From NCBI GenBank assembly GCA_035632695.1, contig DASQGG010000167.1, positions 120 to 64,119 of the forward strand: DNA of 64,000 nucleotides, given 5' to 3'. Below are positions 34,821-43,806 of this stretch, one piece after another. Position numbers and translations under genes: made by a program. Position 1 is the first letter of the stretch; every line of letters begins with the position of its first letter. The notes beneath the pieces were generated by a model, which worked only from the letters and a program-made list of their open reading frames with translations, made no database searches and was not told where the DNA came from. The stretch comes from Thermoplasmata archaeon. Its GTDB lineage: Archaea; Thermoplasmatota; Thermoplasmata; RBG-16-68-12.

Positions 34821-36140
34821 CTACCCCGCCAGTTCCATGTACTTCGCGATTTCGTCCCAGTTCCACGAGCCCCCCGATTTCGGGCTCGGCTTGAGATGAT
34901 CCAGGTCCCCGCGGTTGGCGAGGCGGTCCACGAGGTACGCGGCGAACGCGGGAGAGCCCGTGGCCCCCGGGGAATTGTAGTTCAAGATGTGGTACGAGTG
35001 GGGTCCGGGCACCTCGATGGCTTCTTTCACGATCCCCCCGCGGCGGTTGACCACCGGAGTGCGGATGCCCGCGGTCCCCGGCGAGACGAGGTGCGCGAGC
35101 CTCAACCCGGGCAGGAACCGCTGCACGCGCTGCAGCATGGCCTCCTTGGAGACTGAGCTCCACATCTCTTGGGTGGCCAGGCTCAGGAAGTCCTTGTCGA
35201 GCATGAGGCGGACCTTGTTGAAGATCGGCGGCTCGAAGAACTTCGCGAACCACGGGCCCATGGGTCGGAACAGCCCATCGTAGGACGCCGGCCCGGAGAC
35301 AGGCACGGCGTTCGGCCCGATCTCCCGCCGGCCGTTCGCGCGGATCACCCAGTGTGGATCAAGGAACGGAAGGTCCGTGTGCCGCGGAACCGAGTAGACA
35401 TTGTGCCGGACGAGGTCCGCGGCGTGCGCGTCGATCGTCCAGTACTCGCCTCGGAAGTGCATGTCCGTGTACTCCAGCGCGACCCCCATCGCGTGGGCGA
35501 GGTCGATCGCGCTCCCGCCCGCGCAGCCGATCAGGAATCCGGCGCGAACGGGCTCGTTCGCCCCATCCACGCGGACTTCGATGCCCGAGTCCGACGCGAG
35601 GACGGAGGTCGCGTCCGCGCCGGTGAGGAACCGGACCCCGAGCGCCTCCGCATCCGCCTTGACCGATTCCGTGAACGCCTGGTAGTCCACGGCCGTGTCC
35701 GTCCTCGAGAACAGGGCGCCCTCGCACCGAACGTTCGGTTCCCGACGCGCCATCTCGCGTCTGTCGAGGAGCTCGACCTCGGAGGGCGCCATCCCGTTTT
35801 CCGCGGCGTAGCCCACGTACGCCCCCAGGTGGGACATCTGCCCGTCCTCGAGCGCCACCTCGTAGGTTCCGATCTCGTACCACGGGAGCCCCTTCGTCGC
35901 GGCGTACTTCTTCCAGAGATGATACGAAATGCCGGCCGCACGGGCGAAGATTCTCGCCTTCGCAGGATTCAGGTAGAACGGCCGGTGGACGACGCCCGTG
36001 TTCCGCCGGCTCGCATGCAGGGCCACGTCGCGCTCCTTCTCCAGGACGACGAACCGGCCGTCGTAGCGGGCCGCGAGCCAGTAGGCGACGGAGGTGCCGA
36101 GGATTCCGCCTCCCACGATGGCGACGTCCCAGGGTTCCAT
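34821..36140 (-). CDS. FAD-dependent oxidoreductase, L-2-hydroxyglutarate oxidase/dehydrogenase-like (LhgO/YgaF family, DAO superfamily)
   Basis: N-terminal dinucleotide-binding motif WDVAIVGGGILGTSVAYWL, a length of 439 aa, and DAO-family C-terminal elements. Confidence 0.75.
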   Translation of the reverse strand: MEPWDVAIVGGGILGTSVAYWLAARYDGRFVVLEKERDVALHASRRNTGVVHRPFYLNPAKARIFARAAGISYHLWKKYAATKGLPWYEIGTYEVALEDGQMSHLGAYVGYAAENGMAPSEVELLDRREMARREPNVRCEGALFSRTDTAVDYQAFTESVKADAEALGVRFLTGADATSVLASDSGIEVRVDGANEPVRAGFLIGCAGGSAIDLAHAMGVALEYTDMHFRGEYWTIDAHAADLVRHNVYSVPRHTDLPFLDPHWVIRANGRREIGPNAVPVSGPASYDGLFRPMGPWFAKFFEPPIFNKVRLMLDKDFLSLATQEMWSSVSKEAMLQRVQRFLPGLRLAHLVSPGTAGIRTPVVNRRGGIVKEAIEVPGPHSYHILNYNSPGATGSPAFAAYLVDRLANRGDLDHLKPSPKSGGSWNWDEIAKYMELAG

Positions 36141-36194
36141 GAGGGTCCTGCGGTCTCCGCAACCAAGCGCGGCTTATTAGGACTGCGACAACGA

Positions 36195-37280
36195 CTACGG
36201 ACCGGTCCAAGGTACGCGCAGATCGGAACCGATTTGCTTCAGGTTCTCGGCGACCTTCGGAGAGAGCGGGATGCCTTCCTTCCGGTATTTCTCCATGCGC
36301 GCGAAGCTCTTCTCGCCCGCGACGTAGATGCGCGTCTGGCCCTCCGCCTTCGGGCTGTCCTTGAGCTCGCGGGCGAGGCGGTCCATGTCCCGCTTGAACT
36401 CCTCCAGCGGCCGAAACGCTCCCGGATCGATCGCCAGGAAGAAGTGACCCACGTCCGGACGCTTTTCGTCCGCGTAGACCTGGAGCCCCGTGGCCGCGCC
36501 GGGGAGGACTCCCGAGAGGACGTCGACCAAGAGGGCGAGCCCGTAGCCCTTGTGGCCTCCGAGTTCCTCGCCCTCGCCTCCGAGGGGCAGGAGGCCGCCG
36601 CCGAGACGCTTGGACAAGGCGTTCAGGACGCGGGCCGCGTCCGAGGTGCTCTTCCCGGTTTCGTCCACCGCCCAGCCGTGCGGCATAGGCTTGCCCGCCC
36701 GGTTGTAGACCTCGACCTTGCCCCGCGGGACCGTCGCCGTGGCCATGTCGAAGACGAAGGGCGTCTCGTGCGACGTCGGCGCGGTGATGCTGATCGGGTT
36801 CGTCCCGAGGACGGCCGATCGGCCGAACGTGGGCACGACGAGCGGCGCGGCGTTCGTCATGCTCATTCCGATCAGATCGTGCTCGAGCGCCATCAAGGAA
36901 TAGTACCCGGCGATGCCGTAGTGATTCGAGTTCCTCACGGTCACGACGCCGACCGCGGTCTCTTTGGCCTTCCGGATCGCGAGCTCCATGCCCTTCTTGC
37001 CGACGACCTGCCCGAGGCTCTGCGCCCCGTCGAGCAGCGCGGTGGCCTTCGTCTCCCGGACGATCGTGCTGTGGTCCGTGGGCTTCATGTAGCCTTCCTG
37101 GAGCCCGCTCACGTACCGCTGGAGCCGCGCGACGCCGTGGCTCTCGATGCCGCGAAGGTCCGCAAGGACGAGGACGTCCGTCGTCACGCCCGCGTCGTCC
37201 GCCGGCACCCCGAGCTTCATGAGGACTTGTTCGCAGAAGCTCCTGAGAGGCTTCTCCTGGATGAGAATCTTGTCCGCCAT
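36195..37280 (-). CDS. Ldh_2-family malate/L-lactate/L-sulfolactate dehydrogenase (type-2 MDH/LDH, ComC-like)
   Basis: 361 aa from ATG 37280 (MADKILIQEKPL..). Conserved Ldh_2 motifs are GIESHGV, NSNHYGIAGYY, GTNPISIAAP and GHKGYGLAL. Confidence 0.8.
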   Translation of the reverse strand: MADKILIQEKPLRSFCEQVLMKLGVPADDAGVTTDVLVLADLRGIESHGVARLQRYVSGLQEGYMKPTDHSTIVRETKATALLDGAQSLGQVVGKKGMELAIRKAKETAVGVVTVRNSNHYGIAGYYSLMALEHDLIGMSMTNAAPLVVPTFGRSAVLGTNPISITAPTSHETPFVFDMATATVPRGKVEVYNRAGKPMPHGWAVDETGKSTSDAARVLNALSKRLGGGLLPLGGEGEELGGHKGYGLALLVDVLSGVLPGAATGLQVYADEKRPDVGHFFLAIDPGAFRPLEEFKRDMDRLARELKDSPKAEGQTRIYVAGEKSFARMEKYRKEGIPLSPKVAENLKQIGSDLRVPWTGP

Positions 37281-37405
37281 GCACACGCCTCGGTTCGGGG
37301 CCCACAATTGCCGTTCGCGTATAAGGCTGCGGTGCGTACGATGGGAACCACGGGAACGCCGGTCATCGCCGCAGACTCAAGTAGGGGTGCGTCTCTCCGT
37401 CCACC

Positions 37406-37936
37406 GTGAGTGCGGAGCGCGATGCGTTCTTGCTCCTCCGTCGGCTGGCGCCGGAGGACCACGGGCTCACCGTGTTCGATGCGGACACCCAGGAGACTTC
37501 GTACGGTACGTTCGTCGTCGACGGGCTCCCCCTGATCTTCGACACGCATCGCAAGGAGACGTGGTTCGTGTCCACGGCGGAGCTCCTCACGGAGATCGGG
37601 GCTCCCGCCCGCGTGACGCCTGAGGAGGTCGAGCGCTTCGCGAAGGTCGCGGAGCACGCGGGCGCGCAGGCGATTCCCTACAGCGCCTGCTTCTTCAAGG
37701 GAAACCTCCACGTGTACGCGTACTACGGGCCCGTCCGCGGCCTGGACATTTCCACGGTGGGTGAGTCCGTTGCCGCTGCGGAACGGAAACTCGACGCGAT
37801 CGTTCGCGGGCTCTGGTCCGACATCCCCGGGGGCGTCCGGGAGGCGCAGGCCGAACTCCTCTCGGGCCGGCGAAAGGCCCGCTATCCCGAGGACCTGGAG
37901 GTCTTGTTGAAGAGAAAGGCCGCGGCCCCCGGTTGA
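37406..37936 (+). CDS. hypothetical protein
   Basis: 176-aa ORF with good codon usage, divergent from the Ldh_2 gene with TATA-like GCGTATAAGG upstream. No family recognised. Confidence 0.5.
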   Translation: MSAERDAFLLLRRLAPEDHGLTVFDADTQETSYGTFVVDGLPLIFDTHRKETWFVSTAELLTEIGAPARVTPEEVERFAKVAEHAGAQAIPYSACFFKGNLHVYAYYGPVRGLDISTVGESVAAAERKLDAIVRGLWSDIPGGVREAQAELLSGRRKARYPEDLEVLLKRKAAAPG

Positions 37937-37945
37937 GCTCGACAC

Positions 37946-38743
37946 CTACCTGGGCCTCGACCGACTCTTCCGCCGCAGTTCCTCGCGGAACGCCTTGGAC
38001 GCGCGTTCCGTCGCCACGGTGATGGTCACGGGTGGGAGGCCTCGCGCGTGCTTCCGCAAGAACGCCTCGGTCCTCCGGCGGTCCCGCTTCCAGCATTCCC
38101 GGAGCCAGGTCCCCACGGCCCGCTGCACCCAGAACTCCTCGTCGTACAGGAGGCGTTCCAGGAGGCGGAAGGGCTTGTCCAGCTCGCCCCCGCGGACGAA
38201 TTCGTTCAGTGCGTAGGTGGACGCGCGGCGGCGCCAGAAGTTCTTCGCCTTGGTCCACCGCAGGAGTTCGGCGAACCGCTTGGGCGTCGATCGGGCCATG
38301 GAGCTGATGGGTCCGGAGGCGAGGCCGTCGCTCAGCGCCCACCCCGTGGCCTCGTCGACCCAGGAATCCGCCAAGAGCCACGAGCGCTCGTCGAGCACGT
38401 CGCGGTGGCGGTCCAGGAGCCCGATCGCAAGCGCCTTCTCCTCGAACGTGTGGCCGGACCACAGGGCCCCCGCGAGGAGGTTCACCTCCCGCACCGTCAG
38501 GGTCGGGTGGTCCTTCCGGAACTGAGCCTGGAGGGCCCGGAGCTGTGGGGTGGATAGGCCCAGTACGGGGACCGGCGAGCCGAGGTACGCCTGGAGCTTC
38601 TCCCAGGTCCCCGGACGAGCCACCCCGCGCATGGCGCCGAGAAGTCGCTCCCGCTCCGCCCACACATCGAGGGGCATCGCTCGGGGAACGTGCGGGAGCC
38701 CCATGAGGCTTCCGCCGCACCCGGAGGCTCGCGTTTCCCACAC
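37946..38743 (-). CDS. DNA alkylation repair protein (AlkD/AlkC-like HEAT-repeat glycosylase family); start may be an internal ATG
   Basis: An all-helical protein of about 250 aa with W/R-rich HEAT-like repeats (..EFWVQRAVGTWLRE.., ..WRRRASTYAL..), typical of Pfam DNA_alkylation. Family-level call only. Confidence 0.55.
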   Translation of the reverse strand: MWETRASGCGGSLMGLPHVPRAMPLDVWAERERLLGAMRGVARPGTWEKLQAYLGSPVPVLGLSTPQLRALQAQFRKDHPTLTVREVNLLAGALWSGHTFEEKALAIGLLDRHRDVLDERSWLLADSWVDEATGWALSDGLASGPISSMARSTPKRFAELLRWTKAKNFWRRRASTYALNEFVRGGELDKPFRLLERLLYDEEFWVQRAVGTWLRECWKRDRRRTEAFLRKHARGLPPVTITVATERASKAFREELRRKSRSRPR

Positions 38744-38790
38744 GCCGTCCCTCGAAAGTTACTTTACCCCCTTCCGCTGTGGTCGCCCCA

Positions 38791-38958
38791 ATGCCGAGCT
38801 TCAAGTGCGCGGACATCGGCATGGACTGCAAGTTCGCGGCGAAGGCCATCACGAAGAACGGTCTCATGAAGAAGATCCAGGACCATGCCTCCGAGGTCCA
38901 CAAGATCACCTCGATCCCCGAGGACCTCAAGACGAAGATCGAGAGCGCGATCAAGTAG
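38791..38958 (+). CDS. DUF1059 family small metal-binding protein (55 aa)
   Basis: MPSFKCADIGMDCKFAAKAITKNGLMKKIQDHASEVHKITSIPEDLKTKIESAIK matches the conserved DUF1059 pattern (M..F.CAD.G..C......TEEELM..I..HA...H.....PE......AIK). It is below the 60-aa cutoff of the supplied ORF track. Confidence 0.75.
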   Translation: MPSFKCADIGMDCKFAAKAITKNGLMKKIQDHASEVHKITSIPEDLKTKIESAIK

Positions 38959-39070
38959 CGGTCCGCGGACCGTGTCCGCCGCGCGACGGAACGCCGCGCC
39001 GTGGTCGCGGGGAAAGGCTAAATAGCCCGCTTCGAATGGGACGGTTCGTCTCCCGAAGGGAGGGAACCGT

Positions 39071-39865
39071 ATGAGTTGGGGACTCCACAACCGACTGTCC
39101 CGGATCATCCGCCCCACGGACCATCGGACGGTCATGCTCGCCGTCGACCATGGGTACTTCCTCGGACCCACGCACAAGCTCGAGGTGCCGCGGAAGACGA
39201 TCGAACCCCTGCTGCCCTTCGCGGACGGCCTCATGATCACCCGCGGTGTCATCCGCACGTCGATCGACCCCGCGTTCAACACGCCCATCGTCCTGCGCGT
39301 GTCGGGCGGGGCGAGTGTCCTCAAGGAGGATCTGAGCCACGAGGAGGTGACCACCTCCATGGACGAGGCGATCCGGCTCAACGCATCCGCGGTCGCCCTC
39401 TCCATCTTCGTGGGCGCGCCCCACGAGCACGACAGCCTCGTGAACCTGGGTGCGCTCGTGGACCTGGGCGAGGAAGTCGGGATGCCCGTGCTCGCCGTGA
39501 CCGCGGTCGGCAAGGAGCTCGAGAAGCGCGACGTGCGCTACCTGAGCCTGGCGTGCCGCATCGCCGCGGAGTTCGGCGCGCACTTCGTGAAGACGTACTA
39601 CTGCGACGAGTTCGAGAAGGTGGTCGAAAGCTGCCCCGTTCCCCTCGTCGTCGCGGGCGGCCCGAAGCTCGACACGGAGCTGGACGCCCTCGAACTCACG
39701 CAGCGCGCGATCGAGGCGGGCGCCGCCGGCGTGGACATGGGGCGGAACATCTGGCAGGCCCCGAATGCGGTCGGCATGATCCGCGCCGTGCGCGCGGTCG
39801 TGCACGAGCACGCCTCCGCGAAGGAGGCCCTCGAGTACGTGAAGGGCTCCAAGGCCAAGCGCTGA
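39071..39865 (+). CDS. class I fructose-bisphosphate aldolase family protein (archaeal DhnA/FbaB type; could also be ADH synthase AroA')
   Basis: 264 aa with motifs DHG (MLAVDHGYFLGP) and Schiff-base lysine context HFVKTYY. GGAGGG (an SD) lies 7 nt upstream of the ATG. Confidence 0.8.
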   Translation: MSWGLHNRLSRIIRPTDHRTVMLAVDHGYFLGPTHKLEVPRKTIEPLLPFADGLMITRGVIRTSIDPAFNTPIVLRVSGGASVLKEDLSHEEVTTSMDEAIRLNASAVALSIFVGAPHEHDSLVNLGALVDLGEEVGMPVLAVTAVGKELEKRDVRYLSLACRIAAEFGAHFVKTYYCDEFEKVVESCPVPLVVAGGPKLDTELDALELTQRAIEAGAAGVDMGRNIWQAPNAVGMIRAVRAVVHEHASAKEALEYVKGSKAKR

Positions 39866-39884
39866 GCGCGGCGGACGGCACCCC

Positions 39885-40904
39885 ATGCGCGCCGCGATGT
39901 ACTACTCGAACAGCGACGTGCGCCTGGTGGACCTGCCGAAGCCGACGATCGGCGCGGGCGAGGCCCTCGTGAAGGTCCGCGCGAGCGGCATCTGCGGCTC
40001 CGACGTCATGGAATGGTACCGCAAGCCGAAGGCGCCCCTGGTCCTCGGGCACGAGATCGCCGCGGAGGTCGTCGAGGTCGGTGCGGGCGTCCGCCGGGTC
40101 AAGGTGGGCGACCGCGTGTTCGTCTCCCACCACGTCCCGTGCGGGGAGTGCCGCTACTGCAAGGCCGGGCACGAGACCGTCTGCGACACCCTGCGAACCA
40201 CGAACTTCGATCCCGGTGGCTTCACGGAATTCGTGCGCGTCCCGAAGATCAACATGGACCGCGGGATGTACAAGCTCCCCTCGGAGGTCTCGGACGACCG
40301 GGCGGTCTTCATCGAGCCGCTCGCCTGCGTGGCCCGCGGCCAGCGCCTCGTCGGCGTGCCGAACGGGGGGACCGTCCTGGTCCTAGGCAGCGGGATCGCG
40401 GGGCTCCTGCACATCCGGCTTGCCCGGGAGCTCGGCGCGGGCAAGATCCTCGCGACCGATGTCGTGGAATACCGGAAGCAGGCCGCTCGCCGCTCCGGAG
40501 CGGACGCCGTTATCGACGGCAGGGAGGATGTGCCCGCACGCGTGAAGGCGGAGAACCGCGGTCACCTCGCGGACCTCGTGATCACGTGTACGGGCGCTCC
40601 CGCGGCGATTGCCCAGGGTCTCGCGTCCGTGGACCGCGGCGGCCGGGTGCTCTTCTTCGCTCCGACGGATCCCGCGGCCACGATTGCCGTGCCCTTCAAC
40701 GCGCTCTGGCGGGAGGAAGTGACCCTGACCTCATCGTATGGCGGCGCGCCTCAGGACATACGGGCCGCGATCGAGCTCCTGCGGCTCGAGAAGGTCCAGG
40801 TGGACGATCTCGTCACGCACCGCCTCCCGCTGGAGAAGGCGGGCGAAGGGTTTCGCCTCGTGGCCTCCGCCCAGGATTCCATCAAGGTCATCCTCCGGCC
40901 CTAA
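39885..40904 (+). CDS. zinc-dependent medium-chain alcohol/polyol dehydrogenase (threonine/sorbitol dehydrogenase-like)
   Basis: Catalytic Zn is GHEIAAEV, structural Zn is C..C..C..C (CGECRYCKAGHETVC), and the NAD motif is VLVLGSGIAGL. Confidence 0.85.
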   Translation: MRAAMYYSNSDVRLVDLPKPTIGAGEALVKVRASGICGSDVMEWYRKPKAPLVLGHEIAAEVVEVGAGVRRVKVGDRVFVSHHVPCGECRYCKAGHETVCDTLRTTNFDPGGFTEFVRVPKINMDRGMYKLPSEVSDDRAVFIEPLACVARGQRLVGVPNGGTVLVLGSGIAGLLHIRLARELGAGKILATDVVEYRKQAARRSGADAVIDGREDVPARVKAENRGHLADLVITCTGAPAAIAQGLASVDRGGRVLFFAPTDPAATIAVPFNALWREEVTLTSSYGGAPQDIRAAIELLRLEKVQVDDLVTHRLPLEKAGEGFRLVASAQDSIKVILRP

Positions 40905-40942
40905 GGCCTCCGACTCGTGGGGCCGATCCGTCTCCCGCCGGT

Positions 40943-41602
40943 TCACGGGTGGCTTTGCGCTCCAACGTAGGGAGCCCGAACGGCCTTCGCGCGGCGGCGC
41001 AGGCCCGGTCCGAGGGGAATCGTTCCTGCCCCCAGGTTCGAGTTGGTGACGATGGCGAAGCTCGTGTACGCAGCGGCGGTGGCCGAGAAGATGCCGAAGT
41101 AGCCTCCCGCCGTCGTCGCCATCGTGCTGGGAAGCACGTCGCCCAGGCCCAGGAACACGAAGGCCAGCCACAGGAAGAGGAACGTCAGGTTCAGGGAGAG
41201 GTTCGCGAACATCGCGGGGATCCACATGTAGAAGGTGAAGATCCCGTAGAGCAGCAGGGCCGTCCCCACGGCGACCGCGGGCGGCGCGATCAGGCCCATC
41301 TTCTCTAGGAGGACGAGGCTTCCGAAGAAGAGCCAGAAGGCCCCGTAGCTACTGAAGGCCGTGAATCCGAAGGTGTTCCCCTTGCGCATCTCGAACACAC
41401 CCGCCAGGAGTTGGCCCAGCCCCCCGTAGAACAGCGCCAGGGGGACAACGACGCCCACCGCGCTCGCGCCGAGCCATCCGGTGTTCACGAAGCTGAGAAG
41501 GAACGTCGTGAACGCGAAGCCGGCCAAGCCGAGGGGCGCGGGGTCTGCCAGGAGGGCTTTCTCGTTCAGACTCGTCGGCGAAGGCGCAGTCATTTGACTC
41601 AT
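40943..41602 (-). CDS. acetate uptake transporter, GPR1/FUN34/YaaH (SatP/AceTr) family
   Basis: Family signature NPAPLGL-GFA-TT is present as [20 protein letters not shown], with six TM helices in 219 aa. It is divergent from acs. Confidence 0.8.
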   Translation of the reverse strand: MSQMTAPSPTSLNEKALLADPAPLGLAGFAFTTFLLSFVNTGWLGASAVGVVVPLALFYGGLGQLLAGVFEMRKGNTFGFTAFSSYGAFWLFFGSLVLLEKMGLIAPPAVAVGTALLLYGIFTFYMWIPAMFANLSLNLTFLFLWLAFVFLGLGDVLPSTMATTAGGYFGIFSATAAAYTSFAIVTNSNLGAGTIPLGPGLRRRAKAVRAPYVGAQSHP

Positions 41603-41837
41603 CCTGATCCACCTCGTTTCATCAGGTCCGCCGCATCCGTTGGCGGGCTCCGTCGGCCCGTTCAGCCCTTGCCGGGTAAGGAGCTATGGAAAATACCCTA
41701 CGGGACGAGTGCGCGAGGCGCCCGGCCGCGAGCTGCGCGGGAATCCGCTCACGCTATATACTTTCTATGGATTGTGCTTGACCAGCCCTTATAAAAGAGG
41801 GCATCGCCTGGAACGATTCCGAACCGGGGTCGCGACC

Positions 41838-43799
41838 ATGGTTGTGTCCAGTGCCACCATCGACAGCCTGCTCAAGGAAAAGGAACAGTATCCTCCGTCG
41901 GACGACTTCCGCCGCCGCGCCCTGGTCAAGGACGACGCCGTCTATGCGCAGGCGGCCAAGGACCCGGAGGGGTTCTGGGCCAGGCAGGCGGAACAGTACC
42001 ACTGGATCCGGAAGTGGGACAAGGTCCTCGAATGGGACGCGCCGTTCGCGAAGTGGTTCGTCGGCGGGAAGATCAACGTCTCCGAGAACTGCCTGGACCG
42101 CCAGGTGCACTCGGAGCGGCGGAACAAGGCCGCGATCGTGTGGGAAGGCGAACCCGGCGACAAGAAGGTCTTCACGTACTACCAGCTGTGGCGCGAGGTG
42201 AACAAGTTCGCGAACGTCCTGAAGTCTCTAGGCGTGAAGCGCGGGGATCGGGTCACGATCTACATGCCCATGATCCCCGAGCTGCCCATCGCAATGCTCG
42301 CGTGCGCCCGGATCGGGGCGCCCCACAGCGTGATCTTCGGCGGCTTCAGCTCCAAGGCGATCCACGACCGTGCGTCGGACGCGGAGTCCGCGATCATCGT
42401 CACCGCGGACGCGGGGTACCGCCGCGGCAGCCTCGTCCCGCTCAAGAAGACCGTGGACGAGGGGATTGCGGACCTGCCCAGCGTGAAGCACGTGGTCGTA
42501 TTCAAGCGCGCGACCGGCGATTGCGCGATGAAGGAGGGCCGCGACGTCTGGTGGCACGACCTCATGGCCCACGCAGACCCCTGGTGCGAGCCCGAGCCCA
42601 TGGACGCCACGGACCCGCTCTTCGTCCTGTACACGTCGGGCACCACGGGCAAGCCCAAGGGGATCGTCCACTCCACGGGCGGCTACCTCGTCGGCGTCGC
42701 GGCGACCCAGCGGATGATCTTCGCCCTGCGCGAGGATGACTTCTACTGGTGCACGGCGGACATCGGCTGGGTCACGGGGCACTCGTACATCGTGTACGGC
42801 CCCCTGGCGAACGGCGCGACGTCCTTCATCTACGAGGGCGCCCCCGACTTCCCGAAGCAGGACCGCTGGTGGTCCCTCGTGGAGGACTACGGCGTCACGA
42901 TCATGTACACGGCCCCGACCGCGATCCGCGCGTGCATGCGCTGGGGCGACGACTGGCCCAAGGCGCACGACCTGTCCACTCTGCGGCTCCTGGGGACCGT
43001 GGGCGAGCCCATCAACCCGGAGGCGTGGCGGTGGTACTACAGGAAGATCGGCGGCTCCCGCTGCCCCGTCGTGGACACGTGGTGGCAGACGGAGACGGGC
43101 ATGATCCTGATCACGCCCCTCCCCGCGGTCGGGCCCCAGAAGCCTGGGTCGGCCACGTTCCCGTTCCCGGGCGTGAGCGCGGAGGTCGTCGACGAAACCG
43201 GACAGCGCGCGGGCGTGAACCGCGGCGGCTACCTCGTGATCACGAAGCCATGGCCCGCGATGCTCACGACGATCTACAAGGACCCGGAGCGGTACAAGGC
43301 CACGTACTGGTCCCAGATCAAGGGCAAGTACTTCACCGGGGACGGGGCGCGCGTGGACGAGGACGGCTACTTCTGGCTCATGGGTCGCATCGACGACGTG
43401 ATCAACCTCGCGGGCCACCGGATCGGCACCATGGAGGTCGAGTCCGCCCTCGTGAGCCATCCCAAGGTCGCGGAGGCCGCGGTCGTTGGGAAGCCGGACC
43501 AGCTCAAGGGCCAGGTCCTCGTGGCCTACGTGGTCCTGAAGACGGGCCAGGAACGGTCCGAGGCGCTCAAGGACGAGCTCAAGAAGCACGTGCGTAAGGA
43601 GATCGGCCCCATCGCCGCCCCGGAGGCGATCTACATCACGGACAAGCTCCCGAAGACTCGCAGCGGGAAGATCATGCGGCGCGTGATCCGCGCCCTCGTG
43701 AGCGGCCAGGAGATCGGCGACACGACCACCCTGGAGGATCCCGGCGCCGTCGAGGAAGTCCGGAAGTGGCTCGCCGCCGTGGAGGGGAAGGCTCCTTAG
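41838..43799 (+). CDS. acs: acetyl-CoA synthetase (AMP-forming)
   Basis: 653 aa. The AMP-binding motif is [11 protein letters not shown], with WWQTETG and the acetylatable lysine motif [11 protein letters not shown] near the C-terminus. Confidence 0.9.
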   Translation: MVVSSATIDSLLKEKEQYPPSDDFRRRALVKDDAVYAQAAKDPEGFWARQAEQYHWIRKWDKVLEWDAPFAKWFVGGKINVSENCLDRQVHSERRNKAAIVWEGEPGDKKVFTYYQLWREVNKFANVLKSLGVKRGDRVTIYMPMIPELPIAMLACARIGAPHSVIFGGFSSKAIHDRASDAESAIIVTADAGYRRGSLVPLKKTVDEGIADLPSVKHVVVFKRATGDCAMKEGRDVWWHDLMAHADPWCEPEPMDATDPLFVLYTSGTTGKPKGIVHSTGGYLVGVAATQRMIFALREDDFYWCTADIGWVTGHSYIVYGPLANGATSFIYEGAPDFPKQDRWWSLVEDYGVTIMYTAPTAIRACMRWGDDWPKAHDLSTLRLLGTVGEPINPEAWRWYYRKIGGSRCPVVDTWWQTETGMILITPLPAVGPQKPGSATFPFPGVSAEVVDETGQRAGVNRGGYLVITKPWPAMLTTIYKDPERYKATYWSQIKGKYFTGDGARVDEDGYFWLMGRIDDVINLAGHRIGTMEVESALVSHPKVAEAAVVGKPDQLKGQVLVAYVVLKTGQERSEALKDELKKHVRKEIGPIAAPEAIYITDKLPKTRSGKIMRRVIRALVSGQEIGDTTTLEDPGAVEEVRKWLAAVEGKAP

Positions 43800-43806
43800 G
43801 TCCGAC

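Noticed and set aside
35169-37409. 746-aa plus-strand ORF and 648-aa minus-strand ORF (35359-37305) overlapping the LhgO-like and Ldh_2 genes
   Set aside because: These are alternate-frame or antisense GC artefacts. The annotated frames carry the Rossmann and Ldh_2 motifs.
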